Source: an uncultured Actinomycetes bacterium (GTDB lineage: Bacteria; Actinomycetota; Thermoleophilia; Gaiellales; JAICJC01). From it: DNA of 64,000 nucleotides. Below the pieces are notes generated by a model that was not told where the DNA came from, ran no database searches, and was given only the letters and a program-made list of their open reading frames with translations. The stretch is from NCBI GenBank assembly GCA_963811675.1, contig CAWESH010000004.1:99976-163975 (forward strand), read 5' to 3'. The position numbers and the translations under genes were made by a program. Each line of letters opens with the position of its first letter. The stretch's first letter is position 1. Of this stretch, positions 49,212-58,203 are shown in pieces.

Positions 49212-50444
49212 TCAGGCGTTCGCGAGCGCTTCCCGACGCCGTTGCAGGAACACCCGCTCGGTCTCGTTATCGCTCAGCTCGATCGCGGCGGCGTAGGCCT
49301 CGGCCGCCTCGGCAGGCCGGCCGGCTCGCCGCAGCAGATCGGCCCGCACCGCGTGGAACAGGTAGTAGTCGCCCAGGTCGAGCTCATCGACCACCGTCAG
49401 CGCCACCCCCGGCCCGTCCACCTCGGCCACCGCCACCGCCCGGTTGAGCGCCACCACCGGCGTCGGTGCGATCGCCAGCAGTTGGTCGTACAGCCGCAGA
49501 ATCTGCCACCAGTCGGTCTGCTCCGCGTCGGCGGCCTCGCTGTGGACGGCGTTGATGGCCGCCTGGATCTGATATGAGCCGGGCCGATCGAGCTCCAGGC
49601 AGCGCTTGACGATGGCCTGCCCCTCGGCGATCAGCTCGGCGTTCCACAGGCTGCGATCCTGGTCGGCGAGCAGCACCAGATCTCCGTTTGGGGCGGTGCG
49701 GGCGACGCGGCGCGACTCGACCAGCAGCATCAACGCGAGCAACCCCATCACCTCCGGCTCGTCGGGCATCAGCTCATCCAGCAGACGACCCAGCCGAATC
49801 GCCTCGGCGCACAGCTCCTCGCGCACCAGCCGATCGCCGGAGCTGGCCGTGTGGCCCTCGGTGAAGATCAGGTAGACGACACTGAGTACCGCATCGATCC
49901 GTTCGGGTAGGTCGGCCCGGCCGGGAACCCGAAACGGGATGCCGGCATCGCGAATCTTGCCCTTCGCACGCACCAGCCGCTGGGCCATCGTCGGCTCGGG
50001 CACCAGGAAGGCACGGGCGATCTCGGGAGTCGTCAGTCCACCGATCAGCCGCAGCGTCAGTGCCACCTGAGCGCCCTGGGAGAGCGCCGGGTGGCAACAG
50101 GTGAAGATCAGCCGCAACTGATCGTCGTCCACCACCCCCTGCTCCATCGGCTCGAGGGGTTCACCGTCGATCTGCATCAGGGTTGCCTGCGCGTGGCGGT
50201 CGTCGCGGGAGGCCTCCCGCCGCAGTCGGTCGATGGCGCGGTTGCGGGCGGTGGTGATGATCCACCCCGCCGCGCTGGGAGGCTGGCCTTCGGACGGCCA
50301 GCGCTCCAACGCGACGGTGAATGCGTCCTGGACGGCCTCCTCGGCGAGGTCGATATCGCCGAACGAGCGCACCAACACGGCCACGGCGCGACCGTACTGC
50401 TCGCGAAACACCCGCTCGATCGAGGTGGCATCAGCGAGCTGCAT
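49212..50444 (-). CDS. ECF sigma factor with long C-terminal TPR-like extension (ECF42-like)
   Basis: Sigma region 2 ([13 protein letters not shown]...[16 protein letters not shown]) and region 4 ([25 protein letters not shown]) are followed by a helical extension of about 230 aa. The ATG at 50444 overlaps the end of the YCII gene. Confidence 0.8.
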   Translation of the reverse strand: MQLADATSIERVFREQYGRAVAVLVRSFGDIDLAEEAVQDAFTVALERWPSEGQPPSAAGWIITTARNRAIDRLRREASRDDRHAQATLMQIDGEPLEPMEQGVVDDDQLRLIFTCCHPALSQGAQVALTLRLIGGLTTPEIARAFLVPEPTMAQRLVRAKGKIRDAGIPFRVPGRADLPERIDAVLSVVYLIFTEGHTASSGDRLVREELCAEAIRLGRLLDELMPDEPEVMGLLALMLLVESRRVARTAPNGDLVLLADQDRSLWNAELIAEGQAIVKRCLELDRPGSYQIQAAINAVHSEAADAEQTDWWQILRLYDQLLAIAPTPVVALNRAVAVAEVDGPGVALTVVDELDLGDYYLFHAVRADLLRRAGRPAEAAEAYAAAIELSDNETERVFLQRRREALANA

Positions 50445-50796
50445 CGCCGTGGGACTCCCCCTGGAACGGCCGCACCTCGATCGGCAGCGTGGTTGCCCGA
50501 GCGAGCTTTCGCCCCCACTCCAGAGCGGCGTCGAGGTCAGGGGCGGCAACGATCGACAAACCGCCCAGATGCTCCTTGCCCTCCACGTACGGCCCGTCGG
50601 TGGTGATCACGTCATTCTGCTCGAGCCGCACCACGGTGGCGGTGCTGGGCTGGTGCAGGCCATCGGAGAAGACCCAGGCGCCGGCCGCCTTCATCTCGTC
50701 GTTCACGGCATTCACGTCACGCATGATCTTCTCCAGATCGACGCTTGCCGGAGGGTCGCCATCGGGCTGATAGACGCTGAGTAGGTACCGCTTCAT
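50431..50796 (-). CDS. YCII-related (DGPF-type) domain protein
   Basis: [13 protein letters not shown]...[17 protein letters not shown]... follows the YCII/DGPF pattern and lies directly upstream of the sigma gene. Confidence 0.8.
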   Translation of the reverse strand: MKRYLLSVYQPDGDPPASVDLEKIMRDVNAVNDEMKAAGAWVFSDGLHQPSTATVVRLEQNDVITTDGPYVEGKEHLGGLSIVAAPDLDAALEWGRKLARATTLPIEVRPFQGESHGDAAR

Positions 50797-50843
50797 CGTG
50801 TCCTCCTTGACGTTACCCCGGCCACATGCCGGGTCTCACCCAC

Positions 50844-50871
50844 TACACGAACGGGCGGCGCCAAATCGACA
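50844..50871 (-). promoter_or_regulatory. candidate ECF-type promoter upstream of the YCII-sigma operon (TGTCGA-16 nt-CGTGTA)
   Basis: The minus strand reads TGTCGATTTGGCGCCGCCCGTTCGTGTA about 50 nt upstream of the YCII ATG. It resembles the -35 TGTCGA / -10 CGT-type motif I recall for ECF42. This is unverified. Confidence 0.3.
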
Positions 50872-51723
50872 TCAAGCGGCGGGGACGACATGTCGCGCAG
50901 CCAGCGGGTGGTGCATCAGCCAAAGCGAAGCCAGTCCCTGCCATTCACCGTAGGGGGCCAGTAGGCGCTCGGTGTCCGAGGTATCCGCCTTCCGGCCGAG
51001 CAGCCGAGTGGCCAGGCGAACCAGCGCGAGGTCTCCGGCGAGGCCTCGATCGAGCCGGCCGTAGCCGTGCATCAGCACGTGGCCCGACGTCCACGCCCCC
51101 AACCCTCGTAGCGCCTGCAGGCGAGCCTCGACCCGATCGCTCGGCTGGGCGGCGAACTCGTCCCAGGGTTGCAGCGATGCGCGACTGAGCAGCGCTGCCC
51201 GTTGTGGTGAGAGACCGGCGCGCTCGAACCGGGCCGGGTGTTCGTGGGCGATGGCGGCGGCGGTCGGCGGCAGTCGTAGGCTGCGATACCGAGGGCTCAG
51301 GATGGCCACGATCCGGCGCTCGATCGCGAGCGCCTCACTGGAACGGATCAGCTGGCCACAGACCCCGCGCATGAGCGCGTGCGCCACCGAGCCCAAAAGC
51401 AGCGGCCGCATCCCGGTGAGATGTGAGCGCAGCGGGGCCAGCATCCGGTCACTCTCCGCCATCCGCAAAAACGGCCGGTGGTCGACGTCAACTCTCAGCA
51501 GTTGGCGCAGCCGATCATGGGCGGGTGCGATGTCGGTGGCATCGATGCGCGCCCGCAGCCGACCGTCAGAGGTCTGCCAAGCACGCGCGTAAACGGGCTC
51601 GCCGGCCGCTTCGAAGGCCAGCTCGAGCCCACCCGGAAATCTCCGCCGGGTCAGGTCCGGCGCCCCCAGACAGGATCGCAAGAGGTACGGGGCGACCGGC
51701 GAAAACTCAACCTCGGCGGTCAT
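50872..51723 (-). CDS. HhH-GPD DNA glycosylase (AlkA-like 3-methyladenine DNA glycosylase II)
   Basis: The 283-aa ORF has the helix-hairpin-helix region LQALRGLGAWTSGHVLM followed by a conserved Asp (LAGDLAL). Confidence 0.7.
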   Translation of the reverse strand: MTAEVEFSPVAPYLLRSCLGAPDLTRRRFPGGLELAFEAAGEPVYARAWQTSDGRLRARIDATDIAPAHDRLRQLLRVDVDHRPFLRMAESDRMLAPLRSHLTGMRPLLLGSVAHALMRGVCGQLIRSSEALAIERRIVAILSPRYRSLRLPPTAAAIAHEHPARFERAGLSPQRAALLSRASLQPWDEFAAQPSDRVEARLQALRGLGAWTSGHVLMHGYGRLDRGLAGDLALVRLATRLLGRKADTSDTERLLAPYGEWQGLASLWLMHHPLAARHVVPAA

Positions 51724-52436
51724 CGAGTGGTGTGCTGGTGCGCCGGGTGGTCACAGGTGCCGGTGTTGCACGCCACCACCATGGCGACCGCCTCCTCGGG
51801 GCTGTCGGCGACCATCGTCAGGTCGAGATCAGCCGCCGAGACGTTGCCCTCTTCCAGCATCGTCGAGCGGATCCAGTCCAGCAGCCCACCCCAGTATTCG
51901 CTGCCGTAGAGCACCGCGGGGAAGCGGTGCACCTTGCCAGTCTGGATCAGTGTCAGTGCCTCGAACAGCTCGTCCATGGTGCCGAACCCGCCGGGAAAGA
52001 CGACGAACCCCTCGGAGTACTTCACGAACATCGTCTTTCGCACGAAGAAGTAGCGGAAGTCGAGCGAGATGTCCTGGTACGGGTTGGCATGCTGCTCGTG
52101 TGGGAGTTCGATGTTGGCGCCGATCGAGACTCCGCCGGCGTCCCGTGCGCCGCGGTTGGCGGCCTCCATGATCCCGGGGCCGCCGCCGGTCAGGACGGCA
52201 TATCCCGCCTTCACCAATTGCTGAGATGTCTCCCTTGCGGCCTTGTACATGCGATCGCGAGGGTCGGTACGGGCCGATCCGAACACCGCCACCGTCTGGC
52301 CGATCTCGGCGAGTGCGTCGAATCCCTCGACGAACTCGGACTGAATCCGCAGGATCCTCCACGGATCGGTATGGAGAAAGGCCGTATCCCGGCGGTTCAG
52401 AAGGTTTTCGTCCGCCGTTGGTCGTCGCGTGCTCAC
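51720..52436 (-). CDS. LOG-family (TIGR00730) nucleotide 5'-monophosphate nucleosidase
   Basis: VFGSAR, TGGGPGIMEAANRGA and PGGFGTMDELFE are the LOG signature motifs. The start is placed at GTG 52436. The upstream part of ORF 51720..52919 is antisense to corA. Confidence 0.8.
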   Translation of the reverse strand: MSTRRPTADENLLNRRDTAFLHTDPWRILRIQSEFVEGFDALAEIGQTVAVFGSARTDPRDRMYKAARETSQQLVKAGYAVLTGGGPGIMEAANRGARDAGGVSIGANIELPHEQHANPYQDISLDFRYFFVRKTMFVKYSEGFVVFPGGFGTMDELFEALTLIQTGKVHRFPAVLYGSEYWGGLLDWIRSTMLEEGNVSAADLDLTMVADSPEEAVAMVVACNTGTCDHPAHQHTTR

Positions 52437-52529
52437 TGGGACTACGGTATCCGATGCGAGGGGTCGATACTGTCGTGTCGAATCAGTACACTTCAAGGAT
52501 GCCCACGCTGTTGACCCCTGCGAGCAACG

Positions 52530-53525
52530 ATGCCGAACCTGCCACGGATCCCGAGGACAGTACGCAGGCGCGATCGTGCGCCGCAAGGAACGGTCGAACG
52601 CGTCGAGCCCCATGTCGCTGAGCTCGAAGCTCTCGGCACGCGCTGGCTGAACCTCGAAGCGCCGACCGCGACCGAAACCGCCTACCTCGCGGAACAATTC
52701 GACTTCCACCCCCTCGACCTCGAGGATGTGCTGTCGACGCGCCAGCGGCCGAAGATCGATGAGTACGACGAGTACATGTTCATCGTGCTGCACGTGCCGT
52801 ACTTCAACAAGATCAAGCGCCGCCTGGACGCCGCCGAGCTGAACGTGTTCGTGCAGGAGGGCCTGATCGTGACCCTCCCCAACGTTCCCCTGAAGCCGCT
52901 CGGACGGCTGTTCGGGCAACTCGAGAGCAACACCGAGCGGCGCGAGGAGTACTTCGCGAAGGGCTCCGGGTACCTGCTGTACGAGGTGCTGTCGGAGATG
53001 TTCGACTACTGCTTCCCGATTCTGGACAAGATCGGCTTCAAGCTCGACCGGCTGGGAGAGGCGATCTTCACCGAGCGCCGCTCAGAGGAAGTCGTGCGCG
53101 ACATCTCCGACGTCAAGCAGGAGATCGTCGCCTACCGCAAGGTGATCAAGCCCGAGCGCAGCACCCTGCGGCTGCTCGAACGCGCCCGCACCCGGTATCT
53201 GCCGGAGGATCTCGAGGTGTACTTCGACGACATCGTGGACAAGGCCGAGCGCATCTGGGACCAGCTCGACAACTACAAAGAGGTGGTCGAGGCGCTGGAG
53301 CAGACCAACGAGTCGGTGATCGCCCACAAGCAGAACGACATCCTGCGGGTGCTGACGCTGTTCAGCGTGGTGCTTTTGCCGTTGACACTGATCTCGGGCA
53401 TCTACGGCATGAACGTGGGCCTGCCCCGGGAGCACACCGCCGATTCGTTCTGGGTGATCGTCGGCGGCATGCTGCTGATCTCGACCGGCATGCTGCTGTA
53501 CTTCCGCCACAAGGACTGGCTGTGA
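52530..53525 (+). CDS. corA: CorA-family magnesium/cobalt transporter
   Basis: The C-terminal two TM helices carry the YGMN motif (GIYGMNVGLP), preceded by DFHPLDLEDV...QRPK. The exact start is uncertain. Confidence 0.85.
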   Translation: MPNLPRIPRTVRRRDRAPQGTVERVEPHVAELEALGTRWLNLEAPTATETAYLAEQFDFHPLDLEDVLSTRQRPKIDEYDEYMFIVLHVPYFNKIKRRLDAAELNVFVQEGLIVTLPNVPLKPLGRLFGQLESNTERREEYFAKGSGYLLYEVLSEMFDYCFPILDKIGFKLDRLGEAIFTERRSEEVVRDISDVKQEIVAYRKVIKPERSTLRLLERARTRYLPEDLEVYFDDIVDKAERIWDQLDNYKEVVEALEQTNESVIAHKQNDILRVLTLFSVVLLPLTLISGIYGMNVGLPREHTADSFWVIVGGMLLISTGMLLYFRHKDWL

Positions 53526-54001
53526 CCGAACGGCTGTGGGCGCCTTGGCGCCTGCAGTACGTGCAGGACGGATCCAGCGGCGAGTGCATCTTCTGCGCGA
53601 AGCAGGCCGGCGACGACGACGCCAACCTGGTGGTGCACCGCGGCACCCACGCCTATGTGCTGCTGAACCTCTACCCCTACTCCAACGGCCACCTGATGGT
53701 TGCGCCCTACCGGCATCTGGCGATGCCGGGCGAGCTCACCGCCGAGGAGCGCGCCGAGGTGTGGGAGCTGCTCGACCAGGGCATCACGGCGTTGACCGCG
53801 GTGATGTCGCCGGAGGGCTTCAACTCAGGGCTCAACCTGGGTCGCGTGGCAGGAGCCGGCGTCGTGGGTCATCTGCACCTGCACCTGGTGCCACGCTGGG
53901 GCGGCGACACCAACTTCATGCCGGTGCTCGCCGACGTGCGGGTGATGCCCGAGCACCTCAGCCGCACGCTGGAGCAGGTGCGGGCGGCGTGGCCGGTGTA
54001 A
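53522..54001 (+). CDS. HIT-family protein (Ap4A phosphorylase Rv2613c-like)
   Basis: APWRLQYV...CIFC...NLYPYSNGHLMV together with the histidine triad GHLHLHLVPRW. The GTG overlaps the corA stop as GTGA. Confidence 0.8.
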   Translation: MTERLWAPWRLQYVQDGSSGECIFCAKQAGDDDANLVVHRGTHAYVLLNLYPYSNGHLMVAPYRHLAMPGELTAEERAEVWELLDQGITALTAVMSPEGFNSGLNLGRVAGAGVVGHLHLHLVPRWGGDTNFMPVLADVRVMPEHLSRTLEQVRAAWPV

Positions 54002-54013
54002 CGGCCGAGTCTC

Positions 54014-54568
54014 TCAGTCTTCGACGGTGCGGGCGAACAGGATGTGGTCGCGCCACTCGCCGGCGATTCTGAGATACCGCGGGCTGAGGCCGATGCGGGA
54101 AAAGCGGTTTCGCTCGAGCACTCGCTGCGAGGCGAGGTTGTCGACCAAAGTGCCCGCCTCCAGCCGATGCAGCCCCCGCTGGTCGAACGCCCAGCGGGCC
54201 GCCAGCTGCACCGCCTGGGTCGCGATCCCGCGCCGGTTGTGATCCTCTGCCACCCAGTAGCCGAGGTTGGCACTGCGAAAGGCGCCCTCGACGATATTCG
54301 AGACGCCGAGCACTCCCACCGGCTCGGATTCGGCCTCGATCACGAACCGCTGCGACGCTCCCGCGAGTCCCGCCTCGACCGACACCGCGACCTCTCGGGC
54401 CTGGCCCTGCTCGGTCAGAAAGTCGGCGGCTCGGGGAGGGTCGAACGGCGCCAGGAACTCGCGGTTGGCGCTGTACAACCCGAGCAGTACCGCGCTGTCT
54501 GCGAGCTGCAACGGCCGCAGTCCCACCCTCACTAGACTCTTGCTGATGCTCTCACCTTCGGTGTTCAA
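54014..54568 (-). CDS. GNAT N-acetyltransferase (RimJ/RimL-type)
   Basis: LRPLQLADSAVLL...NLGYWVAEDHNRRGIATQAV...LHRLEAGTLVDNLASQRVLERNRF follows the RimJ-like pattern. The start may be GTG 54532, which would avoid overlapping the divergent gene. Confidence 0.75.
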   Translation of the reverse strand: MNTEGESISKSLVRVGLRPLQLADSAVLLGLYSANREFLAPFDPPRAADFLTEQGQAREVAVSVEAGLAGASQRFVIEAESEPVGVLGVSNIVEGAFRSANLGYWVAEDHNRRGIATQAVQLAARWAFDQRGLHRLEAGTLVDNLASQRVLERNRFSRIGLSPRYLRIAGEWRDHILFARTVED

Positions 54569-55891
54569 GGCCTATGACGTACGTGGCATCGTGCCAGATG
54601 AGCTTGATGCTGCGGGAGCCGAACGCCTGGCGGCAGCGTATGTCGGTGCGTTCGAGCCAGAGGTGATGGCCATCGGCCACGACATGCGCCTGTCCTCGCC
54701 GGATATCGCCGCGGCGGCGATCCGGGGAGCCACCGCGGCCGGGGCGGACGTCGTCGACCTCGGTCAGATCGGCACCGAGATGCTCTACTTTGCGGTCGGC
54801 GAATACGGCTACCACGGCGGCATCATGGTGACCGCATCGCACAACCCCGCCGCCTACAACGGTATGAAGATCGTGCGCCGCGGCGCCCAGCCGGTGGGTG
54901 GCGACACCGGCCTCGACAAGATCAAGGCCCTCGCCCTGGGAGAGCTACCCACTCCGAGTGCGGCAGGCAGCGTCACCCAGCGCGACGTCTACGGCGGCTT
55001 CGTCGACCGCGTCCTGCAGTTCATCGACCCCGAGGCGATCAGCCCGCTGAACGTGGTGCTGGACGGCGCCAACGGCATGGCCGGGCCGATGATCACCCCA
55101 GTGCTGGAACGACTGCCGCTGGTGACCCACAGCTACTCGCTCGACCCCGACGGGTCGTTTCCCAACCACGAGCCGAACCCGCTGCTGGAGGAAAATCGCC
55201 AGTTCATCATGGCCAAGGTGCTCGAGCACGGCGCCGATCTCGGCATCGCCTGGGACGGCGACGCCGACCGCTGCTTTTTCATCGACGACACCGGCGAGTT
55301 CGTTCCCGGAGACCTGATCACCGCGCTGATCGCGCGATCGATGCTCGCACAGCATCCCCGCAGCCACCATCGTGTACGACTTGCGGGCGTCGTGGGCAGT
55401 GCGCGACACCGTCGAAGCCGCGGGTGGCACGGCGCTGGAAAACCGCGTCGGCCACGCCTTCATCAAGGCCCGCATTCGCAAGGAGGACGCCGTCTTCGCC
55501 GGCGAAGTGTCGGGGCACTACTACTTCAAGGACTTCTATTACTGCGACACCGGGATCGTGCCCGCGCTGGTGCTACTCGAGCTGGTATCTCGATCAGGCA
55601 AGAAGCTGTCGGAGCTGCTGGCGCCGTTTCGGGAGCGGTACTTCATCTCTGGCGAGATCAACTCGACGGTGGACGACGTGCCCGTGCGCTTGCAGACGCT
55701 CAAGGACACGTTCGGTCCCAAGGCAAAGCGGGTGTCGCACCTGGACGGCGTGTCGTTCGAGTTCGACGACTGGCACTTCAACGTGCAGGCCGTCGAACAC
55801 CGAGCCGCTGCTTCGGCTCAACCTGGAAGCGTTGTCTGAGGCCAAGATGGAGTCATGCCGGGATGAGGTGCTCGGGCTGATCCGATCGTGA
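54546..55891 (+). CDS. phosphomannomutase/phosphoglucomutase (two frame breaks, ~55358 and ~55786)
   Basis: FKAYDVRG, the active-site TASHNPAAYNG, the metal site WDGDADR, and GEVSGHYYF are all present. Pieces of ORFs 54267..55880, 55372..55839 and 55424..55891 are colinear. Confidence 0.85.
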
Positions 55892-56329
55892 CCGTCACCG
55901 ATCGCCGCCCGCCATTTCGATTCTCGTTCGTCACCCGCGTTGGTTTCGACGAGACCGACGCCCAGGGAGTCGTCTACTACGGCCGCTACATGCCGTACTT
56001 CGACCGCGCCCGGGTCGAGTACCTGCGACACCTCGACCTGCTGGCAGACGGTCAGGGGCTGACCGAGTTCGTGATGCGCGCCCAGCACGTCGAGTACCAC
56101 GCCCCCGCCAAGTTCGACGATCAGCTGGAAGTGTTCGTGCGGGTCGCCAGGATCGGGCAGACCAGCGTGCGGTGGCAGTTCGAAGCCGTCGACGTGACCA
56201 CCGGCGCACACCTGGTGACCGCTGACCAGACGGTCGTCCAGATCGATCATGCCGCGCGTCGCTCTGTACCGGTGAGCGAGCATCTGCGCACGATCGTGAG
56301 CGGCGTTCGATACCGACGTGGAGCTGTGA
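55888..56329 (+). CDS. acyl-CoA thioesterase (4HBT/YbgC-like hotdog fold); C-terminus uncertain
   Basis: VGFDETDAQGVVYYGRYMPYFDRARVEYLR is the 4HBT signature. As given, the frame reads through into the GAF gene. A TGA at 56327 in the +1 frame (with the GAF GTG, as GTGA) would be a natural end if one base near 56298 is spurious. Confidence 0.6.
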
Positions 56330-56791
56330 ACAGCACCCAGCTGGGCGCGCTGGAGGCGATCGAGCGCGTCGTCAACCGGGAACCGGATGCTGCCGCGGTC
56401 GTGCGCGACACCGTCGAAGCTGCTGCACGACCGGCTCGACCACTACTCCTGGATCGGCATCTACTTCGTCGAGGGCAGCGACCTGGTGCTGGGTCCCTGG
56501 CTGGGGCCCGAGCCGACCGAGCACACCCGCATCCCGATCGGTGCCGGCATCTGCGGCGCGGCCGCGGCATCGGGCCAAACAGAGATCGTCGACGACGTCA
56601 ACGCCGACGATCGCTACATCGCCTGCTTTGTCTCGACTCGGGCCGAGATCGTGGTGCCCGTGATCGCCGCGGGGCGGGTGGTCGCCGAGATCGACGTCGA
56701 CTCCGACACGCCGGCCGCGTTCACCGACGACGACCGAACATTCCTGGAGCGGGTGGCGGTGCTGATCTCCCCGTTCTGCGAGAGGGCGTAA
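56326..56791 (+). CDS. GAF-domain protein (free methionine-R-sulfoxide reductase/YebR-like) (frame broken near 56414)
   Basis: YSWIGIYFVEG...LVLGPWLG...RIPIGAGICGAAA...IACFVSTRAEIVVPV parallels the YebR-type GAF. The N-terminal 29 codons lie in the preceding frame. Confidence 0.7.
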
Positions 56792-56875
56792 GTCACACTC
56801 CCTTCCCCCGTTCGAGGGACTGCGATCACCCGGTTTCAGGTAGACACTGAGATCGTGACCCTTGTTCGAAACATC

Positions 56876-57013
56876 ATGTCGGTGGGCGCGGTCGTGGCCG
56901 CGTTCTTCGTCTGGGGAGTGCCTGCCCTGCTCGTCGCCGCGGCTGTGTGCGTGGTGTTTGAGTTCTCGATGCGCGCGTTCGAATCGCACGATCGCAAGCG
57001 CACCACCAGCTAG
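56876..57013 (+). CDS. possible 45-aa single-TM peptide
   Basis: Translation MSVGAVVAAFFVWGVPALLVAAAVCVVFEFSMRAFESHDRKRTTS, read from the sequence and below the ORF-track cutoff. The third codon position is strongly G/C-biased. There is no homology evidence. Confidence 0.2.
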   Translation: MSVGAVVAAFFVWGVPALLVAAAVCVVFEFSMRAFESHDRKRTTS

Positions 57014-57027
57014 CCCCAACGCCCCCC

Positions 57028-57058
57028 GTGAATAACGGTGCCTGGCACCGTTATTCAG
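57028..57058. repeat. copy 4 of the dispersed palindrome (GTGAATAACGGTGCCTGGCACCGTTATTCAG)
   Basis: 15+1+15 inverted repeat with a mismatch at the outermost base. It lies between the small ORF (+) and the 3' end of yjbR (-). Confidence 0.9.
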
Positions 57059-57399
57059 CCCAGGCTGCTTCGCGGATGTCGGCCGGCGCCTTCAGCCAGT
57101 AGCTCTCGCGGATCCACTCGAGCGTGGCGTCGAGGGCATGTTCGTCCTCGATCGACGGCGGTGATCCAGCCGTACCTGCCGACGTACCGGGCCTCCCTGA
57201 CGTACGGCATCTCGAGCGCGACCTGGCGCTCCTCCTTGGTCAGCTTGACGGTCACCTTCACCGGCGGGCCGTCGGACAGGATCACGAACATGCTCTTGCC
57301 ACCCACCTTGAAGACGTGGGTATCGGGACCAAACGGATGATCCTCGAACGCCTTCGGGAACGCGAGGGCGAACTCACGGATGGCACTGCTCTCGCTCAC
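57051..57399 (-). CDS. MmcQ/YjbR-family protein (frame broken near 57152)
   Basis: N-terminal FALAFPKAFEDHPFGPDTHVFKVGGKSMFVIL is YjbR-like. After removing one base the C-terminus reads ITAVIEDEHALDATLEWIRESYWLKAPADIREAAWAE-TAA, ending inside palindrome copy 4. Confidence 0.6.
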
Positions 57400-57416
57400 C
57401 CGCGCAGTCTAGATGT

Positions 57417-57629
57417 CTAGGCAGGCTGGGCGGTGCGAGGGCGCGCCAGCGCCACCACGAGCAATCCGATGGAAGCAGCCGGCATCGCCAGGAGCAGCCA
57501 GTTCGTCCACGCCGGAGGCACCCCGCCGCCGGTGAGAATCACCGTCAACTCGAGCGCCGACAGCAGCACGCACAGCGTCCCCACGGCCATAGCGGCCTGG
57601 AACCAGCGGTTATGTCGATCGATCTGCAT
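57417..57629 (-). CDS. small two-TM membrane protein, hypothetical
   Basis: The 70-aa ORF has two hydrophobic helices (AAMAVGTLCVLLSALELTVIL and WLLLAMPAASIGLLVVAL). I recognise no family. Confidence 0.35.
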   Translation of the reverse strand: MQIDRHNRWFQAAMAVGTLCVLLSALELTVILTGGGVPPAWTNWLLLAMPAASIGLLVVALARPRTAQPA

Positions 57630-57674
57630 AGTCTGAGCCTACGCTCGTACCAACTTGCAGTCAATCGCGCGTGA

Positions 57675-58175
57675 TCAGGTGGGGAGGCTCAGCTCGGGAG
57701 CGCCCGGTGAGTGGTACTGATCGACCAGGTGCACCAGCTGGGACGGATCGTCGATGCCGCGAAAGGTGAAATCCGCGTCGTTCTCAGTCGTGCCGGCGGT
57801 ATCCCAGTCGACATCGCCGATCCCCATCAGCCGCTGAACCACGCCCTGACGCATCGAGACGTTCTGGACGCGGTTGAGGTGGGTGGTGCGCTCGTTGCGC
57901 GACACGATCCCGGTGCGGATGCCGATGCGGCGATCAGAGACGACGTAGCGGATCGTCTGCCTCCGGATCCAGCCTCCGACCAGGGTGACCACCATCCCGA
58001 TCACGGTCACGAGCGAGAACCACCACGCCCCGGTATGGCCGCCGCCGGCGTGAATCCCCACCCAGATCGCGAGCGGGATCAGCGAGATCAGGATCCACTT
58101 GACATAGAAGACGATCATCGCCTTCCAGCTGGGGTGGCCTTGCCACACGATCGTCTCGCCGTCGAGCGTCTTCAT
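57675..58175 (-). CDS. bacterial PH-domain (bPH_2/YdbS-like) membrane protein
   Basis: Two TM helices are followed by RYVVSDRRIGIRTGIVSRNERTTHLNRVQNVSMRQG...GIGDV, typical of Pfam bPH_2. Confidence 0.7.
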   Translation of the reverse strand: MKTLDGETIVWQGHPSWKAMIVFYVKWILISLIPLAIWVGIHAGGGHTGAWWFSLVTVIGMVVTLVGGWIRRQTIRYVVSDRRIGIRTGIVSRNERTTHLNRVQNVSMRQGVVQRLMGIGDVDWDTAGTTENDADFTFRGIDDPSQLVHLVDQYHSPGAPELSLPT

Positions 58176-58203
58176 TGCGGCGTGAGTCTACCCACCGGTT
58201 CGG

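Noticed and set aside
45574-51723. Genomic island or integrative element at tRNA-Arg
   Set aside because: There is no integrase, excisionase, transposase or conjugation gene, and I found no direct repeat of the tRNA 3' end. It is kept only as an accessory-looking block.
52468-52488. Palindrome TACTG-N11-CAGTA in the LOG/corA divergent region, superficially like an E. coli-type LexA box
   Set aside because: Neither the spacing nor the half-sites fit CTGT-N8-ACAG. The operator type actually present in this window is CGAAC-N4-GTTCG. It is probably fortuitous or binds an unrelated regulator.
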